This document shows positions 18,482-27,883 of a stretch of 64,000 nucleotides of DNA, in pieces. The stretch is from Planctomycetota bacterium (GTDB lineage Bacteria > Planctomycetota > UBA11346), in contig JBBRLJ010000018.1 of the NCBI GenBank assembly GCA_038231435.1, positions 42,375 to 106,374 of the forward strand. The letters are read 5' to 3'. A model generated the notes under the pieces. The model ran no database searches. It saw only the letters and a list, made by a program, of their open reading frames with translations, and was not told where the DNA came from. A program made the translations under genes and the position numbers. The stretch's first letter is position 1; each line of letters starts with the position of its first letter.

Positions 18482-19097
18482 AGGGGCTTCGCCCCTACGG
18501 CCCTGACGGGCCTACCCCACGGGCTTTGTCGGGGCTCGATTTCTCCGCTGCGCTGCGAAATCGTTGGCGGATGGGCTTCGCCCATTGTATCCGCCGACCG
18601 CCCCTCGGCGCCCGCCCCATCGCGGAGCGATGGGGCCCCCGTCCAAGATGGCGGCACAGCCGCCACCGGCCGCCGAGTCCTGGTTTGCGTGAACAATGGG
18701 CGCAGCCCATCACGCAAACTTTTATCAAAGGGGCTCCGCCCCTACGGCCCTGACGGGCCTACCCCACGGGCTTTGTCGTGGCTCGTTTTGTCCAGCGGAG
18801 CTGGCCAAAACGTGGGCGGATCGGCTCCGCCGATCATATCCGCCCACCGCCACTCGGCGCCCGCCCCATCGCGCAGCGATGGGGCCCGGGGGCGAAGCCC
18901 CATCAAAACCGTGGCAACGCCACCGGCCGCCGAGTCCTGGTTTGCGTGAACAATGGGCGCAGCCCATCACGCAAACTTTCTGGCCGCCCGGCGGACAGAA
19001 AGAAGGACGACAAAGGCCGTGGGGGACCGGGGGCTAAGCCCCCGCACAAAAAGTAGGACGACAAAGGCCGCGGGGGCTCGGGGGCAAAGCCCCCGCA
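18482..19097. repeat. Composite structured repeat: two about 247-bp direct repeats plus two about 51-bp inverted partner repeats (MITE/REP-like or ncRNA array)
   Basis: Unit 1 18482-18722, unit 2 18729-18979; short units at 19004 and 19055 contain CGACAAAGGCCG(T/C)GGGG, near reverse complement of CCCCACGGGCTTTGTCG in the long units; multiple hairpins. Confidence 0.85.
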
Positions 19098-19101
19098 ACA
19101 A

Positions 19102-20031
19102 CTAAGCGATATTGGCTACCTGCTCCTTCATCTGCTCGATCGCGTACTTCGCCTCGAGCACCAACGCCGTCAGTCCCGCATCGTTGGCCTTCGCCCCGAC
19201 GGTGTTCACCTCGCGGCCGCATTCCTGGAGCAGGAATTCGAGCTTGCGGCCGAGGAGCTCGTCGCGCGAGGCGATCAGGGTGTCGAGCGCCTCGAGGTGC
19301 GCGGCGAGGCGCACCAGCTCCTCGCTGACATCGATGCGCTCGGCGTGCAGCGCGAGCTCGCGCACCAGGTGCTCGGGGGTGACCGCCGCTTGGCCTTGCA
19401 GGACCTCGCGCAGCCGAGTGGCGAGCGAATCGCGGTACGCGGCGGTGCGACCGGAGGCGGCCGCGCGCATGCCAGAGTGCAGGTGCCGGAGCTCGCGCGC
19501 ATGCGCCGCAATATCGCGCGCCAGCGCCGCGCCCTCGCGCGCGCGCATGCCGCGCAATCCTTCGAGGGCCTGTGCCAGCGCCACGCGCAGCAGCGGTTCG
19601 ACCGTTTCGCCGGCACCTTGTCGTGGGGGGGGGGGGGGGGGGCGCGCCCCCCCCCCCGGGCCGGCCGCCCGCGCCCCCCGGGGCGCCGCCGCCACCACTT
19701 CGAGCGCGGGCACCGGAGCGCCCAGGGATTTCGCCCGCGCTGCGAGCTCGCGCCAGGCATGCTCCAATTCATCCAAGCGACCGGGATCGGCGGAGAGAGC
19801 GCGCACCGGCAGCCACGACACCTGCGCGTTGATCGAGCCGCGCGCGACCGCCGCCTTCAGCTCCTGGCGCACCGTCTCCTCGAGCGCGAGATCGTGGAGG
19901 TCGGAGCGCAGATGGATCGCGAGCGAGCGGTTGTTCACCGCCGATATCTGCACCGTCGCCGTCCCCCGCGCGTCCGAGGCCGACCCCTGTCCGAATCCAG
20001 TCATCGAGATCATGCGCGGAGTATGGGCCAT
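19102..20031 (-). CDS. yicC: YicC/YloC-family endoribonuclease
   Basis: SMTGFG, SAVNNR, RGSI, DVSEELVRL, GRKLEFLLQECGREVNTVGAK, IEQMKEQVANI; start 20031 or 20013. Confidence 0.93.
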   Translation of the reverse strand: MAHTPRMISMTGFGQGSASDARGTATVQISAVNNRSLAIHLRSDLHDLALEETVRQELKAAVARGSINAQVSWLPVRALSADPGRLDELEHAWRELAARAKSLGAPVPALEVVAAAPRGARAAGPGGGARPPPPPPRQGAGETVEPLLRVALAQALEGLRGMRAREGAALARDIAAHARELRHLHSGMRAAASGRTAAYRDSLATRLREVLQGQAAVTPEHLVRELALHAERIDVSEELVRLAAHLEALDTLIASRDELLGRKLEFLLQECGREVNTVGAKANDAGLTALVLEAKYAIEQMKEQVANIA

Positions 20032-20040
20032 GTCCCGGAA

Positions 20041-20160
20041 CCGGAAGAGATCCACAGCACGCATTCGAGCAGGTGCCGCTCCGGCTACTTTAGGCAGCCT
20101 GACCTTGCCTCCTCGGGGGCGGCACGGAGTGCGATGTCGGGGGGTGCGAAGCGATCTCGG
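20041..20160. ncRNA. Candidate structured RNA (long rod-like hairpin) between lpxB and yicC
   Basis: Nested complementary blocks GAGATC/GATCTC, GCAC/GTGC, GCATTC/GAGTGC, GTGCCGCT/GGCGGCAC with an apical GGCT/AGCC hairpin; family not recognised. Confidence 0.3.
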
Positions 20161-20209
20161 ATGCCCATTGGGGCATCCGCCGGCCGAAGGCCGTAGACCC
20201 AATGAAAAG

Positions 20210-21406
20210 TCACCCGTCCGTGGTAGAGCCGTGACCATGGCCGAAAACGCGCGTCTGGCTGCGCCTGCCGATGTCCAGATCCTGGACGAGCAGGTCGGCC
20301 ATGCGCGCGATCGCCCCGCCAGAGCCCAGTCGGGCGCGCAACAGGCCCAGTCCGCTCAGGCATTCGGCGCGATCCGGCCCCTTCCACAGCCGCTCGATGT
20401 GCGCGACCAGGCGCGGCACGGTGAGCTGGTCCTGGAGCACCTCGGGGCAGACACGCTTGCCGAGCACCAAGTTGGGCAGCCCGACGTGGTCGGTGCGGAT
20501 GACTTGGCGGGCGATCGCGGCGGTGACGCGGTCCATGCGGTAGGCGATGACGTGGGGCAGGCCGATGACCCCGGCCTCGAGGGTCGCGGTGCCGGACGCT
20601 ATGACGCCCAGGTGCGCGCGCGCGCACAGCTCGCGGTAGCGGCCCTCGACGAGCGGAAAATGCGAGGCGCGGCGGTACAGATCCATCGGCAGGTCGGGGA
20701 CCTTGGCGATCGCCACCGTCATCGGCCCGAGCCGGCGCATCGCGGACTCGGCAGCCTGGTGGTAGATGGGCAGCAGCTTGGCCACCTCGCGCTCGCGGCT
20801 GCCAGGCGCGAGCAGCAGCAGCTTGCGCTGCGGATCGATCCCCAGCTCGCGCTCGATGCTCGACGTGTCCGGACGCTCGGGAATCAGGTCGAGGAGCGGA
20901 TGGCCGACGAAATCAGCCGCGCAGCCGAAGCGCGAGAAGAGCGGCGGCTCGAACGGAAAGAAGCACAGCAGGCGGTCCACCGAATGCGCGACCGATTTGG
21001 CGCGCCGCGGCTTCCACGCCCACACCTGCGGCGCAACCACATGGCAGAAGCGCGTGCCAGAGGCGCGCAGATCCGCCAGTCGACGCGCCAAGCGCAGGTT
21101 GAACCCGGGATAATCGACGGTGATGACCAGCTTGGGCTTGCGCGCCCGCACCACCGCGGCCATGCGCAGGCCCAGGCGGATGAACTGCGGCAACCTGGCG
21201 AGGACCGGGAACAGGCCCATCACCGCCAGGCCCTCGATATCCTGCTCGATCTCGGCTCCGGCCTTCGCCAGCTCGGGCCCACCCATGGCCGCGCACACCA
21301 ACTCGGCCTGGCGGCGCTTGAGTTCGGCGACGATGGCGCCGCCGTAGGCGTCACCGGACGGCTCACCGGCGAGCACGAAGACATCGCTGGTGGGGGTCAG
21401 ACCCAT
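20210..21406 (-). CDS. lpxB: Lipid-A-disaccharide synthase
   Basis: AGEPSGD, VDYPGFN, APQVWAW, FFPFE, FVGHPL, PGSR, SGTATLE, LPN, PEVLQ. Confidence 0.96.
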   Translation of the reverse strand: MGLTPTSDVFVLAGEPSGDAYGGAIVAELKRRQAELVCAAMGGPELAKAGAEIEQDIEGLAVMGLFPVLARLPQFIRLGLRMAAVVRARKPKLVITVDYPGFNLRLARRLADLRASGTRFCHVVAPQVWAWKPRRAKSVAHSVDRLLCFFPFEPPLFSRFGCAADFVGHPLLDLIPERPDTSSIERELGIDPQRKLLLLAPGSREREVAKLLPIYHQAAESAMRRLGPMTVAIAKVPDLPMDLYRRASHFPLVEGRYRELCARAHLGVIASGTATLEAGVIGLPHVIAYRMDRVTAAIARQVIRTDHVGLPNLVLGKRVCPEVLQDQLTVPRLVAHIERLWKGPDRAECLSGLGLLRARLGSGGAIARMADLLVQDLDIGRRSQTRVFGHGHGSTTDG

Positions 21407-21587
21407 GGCCCGACATGCTGGTCCACAGACCCTCGGCTACCAGGGAGAACCGACCGCGGACGAGCCCCGGGACGGCCAGGGGGTAAACGCGTACATCACA
21501 CCGTAGTGACTGGCGCGACAGGGCTTCTGCGATAGCCGCCTTGCTTTGGCCGAGCTCGGACCAAGCTCAGCGGCCGAGGAGGGACGC

Positions 21588-24098
21588 ATGCCCAAGCTGG
21601 TATGCCAGTCCGGACCGAACGCCGGTCACGAATACGCCCTGACCAAGGATGTGACCATCCTCGGCCGGCAGTCGAGCTGCGACGTCCAGATCAACGACAC
21701 CATGTCGAGCCGGGCGCACTGCCAGATCCGGCGCGACGGCAAGCTCTACAGCCTGGTCGACCTCGGCTCGCGCAACGGCGTCCTGCTCAACGGCAAGAAG
21801 TCCAGCGAGCGCCAGCTCGCGTTCGGCGACAAGATCCGCGTCGGCCAGGTCGAATACGTGTTCGTCAAGGAGGCCGGCGACGTCGAGCTCAAGGATCTGC
21901 TCTCGAAGTACGAGATCCTCGAGAAGATCGGCGAAGGTGGCATGGGCATCGTCTACAAGGCGAACCAGCGCTCGATGGCGCGGGTGGTGGCCTTGAAGAT
22001 CCTGTCGCCGAAATATTCGAGCAAGATCAAGTTCGTCGAGCAGTTCACGCGCGAGGCGCGCGCCGCTGGCTCGCTCAACCATCCCAATGTCATCCAGGTG
22101 CACGACGTCGGCACCGAGAATGACATCCACTACTTCTCGATGGAGTTCGTCGACGGCCCCACCTGCATGCAGGTGCTCAGGCAGCAGGGGCCGTTCCCGG
22201 TGAACGACGCCCTTGAGATCATCCGCCAGACCGCCAAGGCGCTCGAATACGCGCACGCCCATCGCCTGATCCACCAGGACATCAAGCCCGACAACATCAT
22301 GGTCGGGCCCAACAACATCGTGAAGCTCGCCGACCTGGGTATCAGCAAGACCTTCGACGAGGTCGAAGCCGACGACACCCCGAAGAAGGTGATGGGTACC
22401 CCGCACTACATGGCGCCCGAAGCCGCCCTCGGCAAGAAGGTCGACCAGAAGGTCGACATCTACAGCCTCGGCGCCACCGCCTACCACCTGCTCTGCGGCA
22501 AGACCCCCTTCTCGGGTTCCAGCCCGACCGAGGTGCTCAAGCACCACGTCATGGACCCCCTGCCACCGATCACCGAGCAGAACGCCGACGTCCCCAACAA
22601 CGTTGTGGCGATGATCGAGCGCATGATGGCCAAGAAGCCCGAGGAGCGCTACCAGAGCGCTACCGAGGTCATCGACGAGATCCGCAAGATCGCCGGCAGC
22701 GAGAGCACCAGCGGCAACGGCACCGAGCGCGTCGGCGGCAGCGAGACCATGATCCTGCGCCGCTACGCCAAGGGTGGAGTCACCGGCGCGAGCATCCCGA
22801 CGCCCGCTTCCGGAACCACCGGCAGCCGTACCCCGGGCGGCGACACCATGACGCCCGAGGGATCCGACGCGGTCCCTGGCGACGCGCGGCTGCGCATGCT
22901 CAACCGGGTGATGGTCGGCACCATCGCGGTGTTCGTGCTCATCGGCGTGGTAGTCGTCGCGCGCAGCCTGCTCGCCGCTCCGCCGGTCGACACGCACCCA
23001 ACGGTGACCAATCCCAAGGATCCCGCGGTCGGCACGGGAGGCGCTACGACCAGCGCCGCCGCCACTGCCGGGACCACCAGCGCCGGAGCGACCACCGGCG
23101 CATCCGTCGAGAATCCGCCGGATGATTCGCAGGAGCGCAAGGATAAGGCCGCGGCCGCGCTCGGCGCGCTCGAGACCCAGTTGGCGAAGGACGGCGACAA
23201 GGCCGACACCAACACGCTCAGCCAGGCGCTCGAGAAGATCACCGACGACAACCTCGATCCCGACAATCTCGAACGCGCCAAGGCGCTGCGCGACAAGATC
23301 GAGCAGGCGATCCAGCGCAAGCGCAGCCGTCAGGTGCAGGCAGCGTTCACGGCGCTCTCGATAGACGCCCAGAAGCTCTCCGACGAGCACGACTACGACA
23401 ATGCCCTCAAGCGCCTGGACGCGTTCAACGAACGCAAGGATCCGGTGGTGAAGGCGAATTTCGACAAGCTGCGCGCATCGATCGATCAGGCCAAGGGCGC
23501 GTACCTCGCCGAGCTCCAGCAGAAGATCAAGCAGGCTTCCGACAGCAAGGACGCCGCCCGCCTGAAGACCATGCGCGACTCGCTGCCGCCGGCGCTGCTC
23601 GGCTCTTCGTATGAGCAGGACATCGTCAAGGCGCTCAAGGGCCTCGATGACGAGAAGCAGAAGGAGTTCCAGGGCGTCTGCGCCGCCGCGGCCAAGGACT
23701 TCTCGTTGTGGCACTTCGCGGACTTCGAGACCCGCTTCAAGAACAACCGTCCGGCCATGGGCGCCTCGGCGGCCGGTACGCAAATGGACCAGTACCGCGA
23801 CGCCGAGACCAAGCTCACGGCGCTGGTCGCGGCGCTGGGCGTGAAACTGCGCACGGCGCGCTCGGTCCGCTACCATGGCGTGCTGCTCGGTTCCCCCGAC
23901 CCCGATCTGATCGATGCCGATCTGGACCACGGCCTGATCATCCTCCCTTCGACTGGTGGTCGCGGCGAGCTCACCTGGCACCTACTCTCAAACGATGAAC
24001 TGATAGCGATCAGCGCGCTGGTGCTGGGCAAGGACGCCGACGGATACAAGCCGGCGATCGCCACGCTGGGCGCCGCCAAGACCGCCGCGGGCAAGTGA
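21588..24098 (+). CDS. FHA-domain Hanks-type Ser/Thr protein kinase with TM and extracytoplasmic helical domain
   Basis: FHA (GRQ, SRAH, DLGSRNG); GEGGMG, VALK, HQDIKPDN, DLG, GTPHYMAPE, DIYSLG; TM at about aa 440; GAGGAGG RBS. Confidence 0.95.
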   Translation: MPKLVCQSGPNAGHEYALTKDVTILGRQSSCDVQINDTMSSRAHCQIRRDGKLYSLVDLGSRNGVLLNGKKSSERQLAFGDKIRVGQVEYVFVKEAGDVELKDLLSKYEILEKIGEGGMGIVYKANQRSMARVVALKILSPKYSSKIKFVEQFTREARAAGSLNHPNVIQVHDVGTENDIHYFSMEFVDGPTCMQVLRQQGPFPVNDALEIIRQTAKALEYAHAHRLIHQDIKPDNIMVGPNNIVKLADLGISKTFDEVEADDTPKKVMGTPHYMAPEAALGKKVDQKVDIYSLGATAYHLLCGKTPFSGSSPTEVLKHHVMDPLPPITEQNADVPNNVVAMIERMMAKKPEERYQSATEVIDEIRKIAGSESTSGNGTERVGGSETMILRRYAKGGVTGASIPTPASGTTGSRTPGGDTMTPEGSDAVPGDARLRMLNRVMVGTIAVFVLIGVVVVARSLLAAPPVDTHPTVTNPKDPAVGTGGATTSAAATAGTTSAGATTGASVENPPDDSQERKDKAAAALGALETQLAKDGDKADTNTLSQALEKITDDNLDPDNLERAKALRDKIEQAIQRKRSRQVQAAFTALSIDAQKLSDEHDYDNALKRLDAFNERKDPVVKANFDKLRASIDQAKGAYLAELQQKIKQASDSKDAARLKTMRDSLPPALLGSSYEQDIVKALKGLDDEKQKEFQGVCAAAAKDFSLWHFADFETRFKNNRPAMGASAAGTQMDQYRDAETKLTALVAALGVKLRTARSVRYHGVLLGSPDPDLIDADLDHGLIILPSTGGRGELTWHLLSNDELIAISALVLGKDADGYKPAIATLGAAKTAAGK

Positions 24099-24141
24099 TC
24101 CAGATCGGCTGCCCGCTCGATCCCGCGGGGCCCGACGCGGC

Positions 24142-25341
24142 GTGGCGCGGCTGATGGCCGGAGACGAGCACAAGTACAAGGGCGTCAAGGGCCACAATCA
24201 GCGCCAGGGCATGGGCCGGCTGCGCCGCGCCAATACCCAGGACAAGGCAAGGGTCGGCGGCCTGGAGCGCCATGACGAAGACGAGGAGCTGTTCGACAAG
24301 CTCGGAAGTCGATCGGCCTCGTCGCATGGCGGCGAGACCCTGCTCGCGAGATTCAACCGCGTCGCGCGCTCGCCGGCATCGGCTCCGGGTAGGCCCGGAG
24401 AAGTCGCCGGTTTCGCCGGCGGGCAGGCGCTGGTGCGACTCGAGGACGGGCGCGAGATGCTGTGCTCGCTGCGCCAGGCGCTGAAGAAGCAGATCGCCGG
24501 GGTCAAGAATCCGCTCTGTGTGGGAGACCGCATCCGCTGGGAGCCCGACGGCGAGCGTGGGGTGATCGTGGGCATCGATCCACGCCGCAACCAGCTCGAG
24601 CGCGCCGACAGCCACAACCGCTCGCTCATCCATGTCTTCGCGGCCAACATCGACTGCCTGGCGGTGGTCGCATCGCTCAAGGACCCCGACCTCAAATACG
24701 GACTGATCGACCGCTACCTGGTCATCGCCGCCGCCAATGGCATCCCGGCCGCGGTGGTCCTGAACAAGGCCGACCTGACGGATCCGGCGCAGCCGCTCGC
24801 GCTCTACCGGTCGCTGGGATACGAGACCTTCGCCACCGCCGCAGCCAGGCGCGATGGCGGCGCCGCTGCCCAGGGATGCGCGGCGGCGCAAGGCGATGCC
24901 GGGACCGACAGCGAGCTCACCCGCCTGCGCGCGCACCTGCGCGGCAAGGCCTGCCTGTTCGCGGGACAGAGCGGCGTCGGCAAGTCGTCGTTGGTCAATG
25001 CGCTCTACCCCGATCTCAGCGCCCGCGTGGGCGTCGTCGCAGACGCGGGGCACGGACGCCACACCACCACCAGCGCACGTAGCTACGTGCTGGCCGACGG
25101 CGCCCGCCTGATCGACACACCGGGCATCCGCGAATGCGCGGTGACCGGTCTCGCGCCGATGGACGTGGCCCTGCTGTGTCCGGACATCGCCGCGCGCCAC
25201 CGCCTATGCCGCTTCCAGGACTGCAGCCACCTGCACGAACCCGACTGCGCGGTACGCGCGGCGGTGGATTCAGGGGCGATCGCCGCGTCACGCTACGACA
25301 GCTACCGCACGATCGTGACCGAGGACCTCGCCACCAGCTGA
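24142..25341 (+). CDS. rsgA: Ribosome small subunit-dependent GTPase A
   Basis: VGD OB-fold, AANID, NKAD, GQSGVGKSS, GRHTTT, DTPG, zinc finger CRFQDCSHLHEPDC; start uncertain (GTG 24142 or ATG 24154). Confidence 0.95.
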   Translation: MARLMAGDEHKYKGVKGHNQRQGMGRLRRANTQDKARVGGLERHDEDEELFDKLGSRSASSHGGETLLARFNRVARSPASAPGRPGEVAGFAGGQALVRLEDGREMLCSLRQALKKQIAGVKNPLCVGDRIRWEPDGERGVIVGIDPRRNQLERADSHNRSLIHVFAANIDCLAVVASLKDPDLKYGLIDRYLVIAAANGIPAAVVLNKADLTDPAQPLALYRSLGYETFATAAARRDGGAAAQGCAAAQGDAGTDSELTRLRAHLRGKACLFAGQSGVGKSSLVNALYPDLSARVGVVADAGHGRHTTTSARSYVLADGARLIDTPGIRECAVTGLAPMDVALLCPDIAARHRLCRFQDCSHLHEPDCAVRAAVDSGAIAASRYDSYRTIVTEDLATS

Positions 25342-25401
25342 GGCGCGCCCGTCACAGAGCATCACCGGTCCACCTCAGAACACTCTCCCTTGAGGCTCGC
25401 C

Positions 25402-27828
25402 ATGCGACACGCCATCGGACCGCTCCTCGCCTTCGTTTCCGCCTTCGCGATCGCTGGGCTCTCCGCGAATGCAAGTGCGAGCGACAGCGCTGGGAACAGC
25501 CCGGCGCTGGGGCTGCCGAGTTCCACGATCGGCGACGGGCAGGGCGTGAATATCCACTTCACCAATCCCAGGCCCGGCGAGCTCGAGCAGCTCGCCGCCG
25601 GCGGCTTCCGCTGGGTGCGCATGGATTTCTCGTGGAGCGACACCGAGAAGCGCAAGGGCGTCTACGATTTCTCGGCCTACGATCGCCTGACCGCCGCGCT
25701 CGCCGCCCAGCGCCTGCGCCCGTACCTGATCCTCGACTACCAGAATGCCCTCTACGACGAAGGTCTGTCTCCGCGCAGCGAGGCTGGACGCGCCGCGTTC
25801 TGCGCCTGGACAGCCGCCGCGCTCGATCATTTCCGCGGCAAGGGCGCGGTCTGGGAGATTTACAACGAGCCCAACATCGGCTTCTGGAAACCCAAGCCCG
25901 ACGTCGACGCCTACGCCAAGCTCGCGGTAGCGGTTGGCAAGACCATCCGCTCGGTTGCGCCCGATGAGCTCTACGTGGGTCCGGCGACTTCAGAGGTTGA
26001 CCTCCATTTCCTCGATGCCTGCTTCAAGGCCGGTTGTCTGGAATACTGGGACGCCGTGAGCGTGCATCCCTATCGCCACCAGGCCCCTGAGACAGCCGCG
26101 GCGGAGTATCGCGCGACGCGCACGCTCATCGCCCGCTACGCGCCCAAGGATGCAGCCGGAATCCCGAGGGCCGTGCCCATTCTCGCCGGCGAATGGGGAT
26201 ACAGCTCAGGCGGCTGGGGCGACGGCTACGACGAGGCGCGCCAAGCGCTCTTCCTGCCGCGTGCCTGGCTGACCAATCTCGCCAACGACATCCCACTGTC
26301 GATCTGGTACGACTGGCACGACGACGGCACCGAGCCCACGGAGGGCGAGCACCACTTCGGCACGGTGCGACATGAGTACCGCGCGGGTCAAGCCGAGGTC
26401 TTCGAGCCCAAGCCCGCATTCCGTTCGGCGCGGACGTTCGCTACCCAGTTGCGGGGATTGGCGTTCCGCAAGCGTCTCGTGACATCCGACCCAACTGACC
26501 AGGTCCTGCTGTTCGCCGATGGCGACGCGCTGCGGGACGAGCTGCGGATTGTGGCGTGGACGCTCTCGGCCAAGCCCCATCCGACCGTCATCCCCGCCAG
26601 CTCCGGCGCCTTCCGCGCCGTCGACCACCTCGGGATCGACCGGACGGTCCAGGATGCCGACGCCGCCGGGCTGACCCTGGTCCTGGATGATGCCCCGCTC
26701 TACCTCAGACCCGTCGCTCCCAACGATCTGCTGCGCGTGGCCGCGGCGATCGAGCGCCTGCCGTTGGAATACCGTGCGCATGCGCCGTCACGGCTCTCGC
26801 CTCATTTGCGCGTCGCCAATCCCCTGGACCGGGAATTCGCCGCCACCGCGCGCCTCGACGGCATCGACGCCACCGTGACCGTGGCCGCGGGCGCCCAGGG
26901 CGAGCTCACGCTCGCCAGGGACGTGAGCGAACGCCGCGACGCGATGCTGACGGTCTCCTGGAGCATCGCGGGGATCGGCACATGGAGCGAGGAGAGCGCG
27001 GTGGTGGTCGACGATCCGCTCGCTCTCGAGATGCTGCCGGCAGTGAGGCGTGGAAGCGAATCGGTGCTGCCGATGCGTCTGCTCAATCCCGCTGGGGAGG
27101 CATTCAGCGGCAGCGTCTCGCTGGTCGGCTCGGATGGGATTCTCAGTTCGGGCAGCGCCCTGTTCACCTTCGCTGCTGGCGAGACCGCCAAGACCGTGGC
27201 CCTGCCGCTCGCCGCGACGCCGGGCGCGACCTTCCGGGTCGGCGTCGAGGTGCGTGAGGGCGAGTCGCGCGTGCTGTCCGTTCCCGTCCACCGCTTCGCG
27301 AGCTTCGATGACTTCTCGCGCTACGACGCTGCGTCGCTTCCCGCGGCATATGCGGTGAAGGCCGATGGCGATCCCAAGGTCGGCTCGCGGCTCGGCCTGG
27401 CGCCCGCACTCGTCAACGATGCGCTGGTCACGGGCGGCGCGCTGGCCATCGACTACCGCTTCGAGCCAGGCTGGAAGTTCCTGCGCCTGGTGCGCACGAC
27501 CGACGGAGCCGCGCATCCGGAGCCGGAGGAGGAACCCAGCGCGCTCGGCATGTGGGTGCGCGGCGACGGCAGCGGTAACATCGCGCGCATGCGCTACATC
27601 GACGCGACCGGCCAGACCTTCCAGCCGTCGGCCCCGCCGATGGATTGGAAGGATTGGCGCTTCCTGACCTTCCCGCTCGATGGCAGCGGCGGGCATTGGG
27701 GCGGGGCGAACGATGGCGTGATCCACCACCCGCTGCGCATCGACACACTGTTCCTGCTCGACCATGCGGTCATGGGCGAGCCTACCCAGGGCACGATCAC
27801 GATCGCGGAGCCGATCCTGATCTTTTGA
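25402..27828 (+). CDS. Secreted clan GH-A glycoside hydrolase (GH5/GH39-like) with C-terminal CBM-like domain
   Basis: Signal peptide; WVRMDFSW, WEIYNEPN (acid/base), VSVHPY, AGEWGY (nucleophile), WYDW; C-terminal LGMWVRGDGSG...DWKDW. Confidence 0.85.
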   Translation: MRHAIGPLLAFVSAFAIAGLSANASASDSAGNSPALGLPSSTIGDGQGVNIHFTNPRPGELEQLAAGGFRWVRMDFSWSDTEKRKGVYDFSAYDRLTAALAAQRLRPYLILDYQNALYDEGLSPRSEAGRAAFCAWTAAALDHFRGKGAVWEIYNEPNIGFWKPKPDVDAYAKLAVAVGKTIRSVAPDELYVGPATSEVDLHFLDACFKAGCLEYWDAVSVHPYRHQAPETAAAEYRATRTLIARYAPKDAAGIPRAVPILAGEWGYSSGGWGDGYDEARQALFLPRAWLTNLANDIPLSIWYDWHDDGTEPTEGEHHFGTVRHEYRAGQAEVFEPKPAFRSARTFATQLRGLAFRKRLVTSDPTDQVLLFADGDALRDELRIVAWTLSAKPHPTVIPASSGAFRAVDHLGIDRTVQDADAAGLTLVLDDAPLYLRPVAPNDLLRVAAAIERLPLEYRAHAPSRLSPHLRVANPLDREFAATARLDGIDATVTVAAGAQGELTLARDVSERRDAMLTVSWSIAGIGTWSEESAVVVDDPLALEMLPAVRRGSESVLPMRLLNPAGEAFSGSVSLVGSDGILSSGSALFTFAAGETAKTVALPLAATPGATFRVGVEVREGESRVLSVPVHRFASFDDFSRYDAASLPAAYAVKADGDPKVGSRLGLAPALVNDALVTGGALAIDYRFEPGWKFLRLVRTTDGAAHPEPEEEPSALGMWVRGDGSGNIARMRYIDATGQTFQPSAPPMDWKDWRFLTFPLDGSGGHWGGANDGVIHHPLRIDTLFLLDHAVMGEPTQGTITIAEPILIF

Positions 27829-27883
27829 TCGCGGTCTGCTCTTGAGCACCTCGAGCTAGATAGGGATCACCCGGAAACAGTGA

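Noticed and set aside
18482..19097. CRISPR array
   Set aside because: Only two long and two short units, no regular repeat-spacer alternation and no cas genes
20075..20110. Canonical SRP RNA (ffs)
   Set aside because: Minus strand has TCAGG...AGCGGC but not the GNRA-capped helix-8 spacing; kept only as an unassigned candidate
21506..21545. ZMP/ZTP riboswitch (GTGACTGGCG)
   Set aside because: Lacks the downstream CCAC-GGGGAGC and CGCCTGGG elements, and the downstream gene is unrelated to purine or folate metabolism
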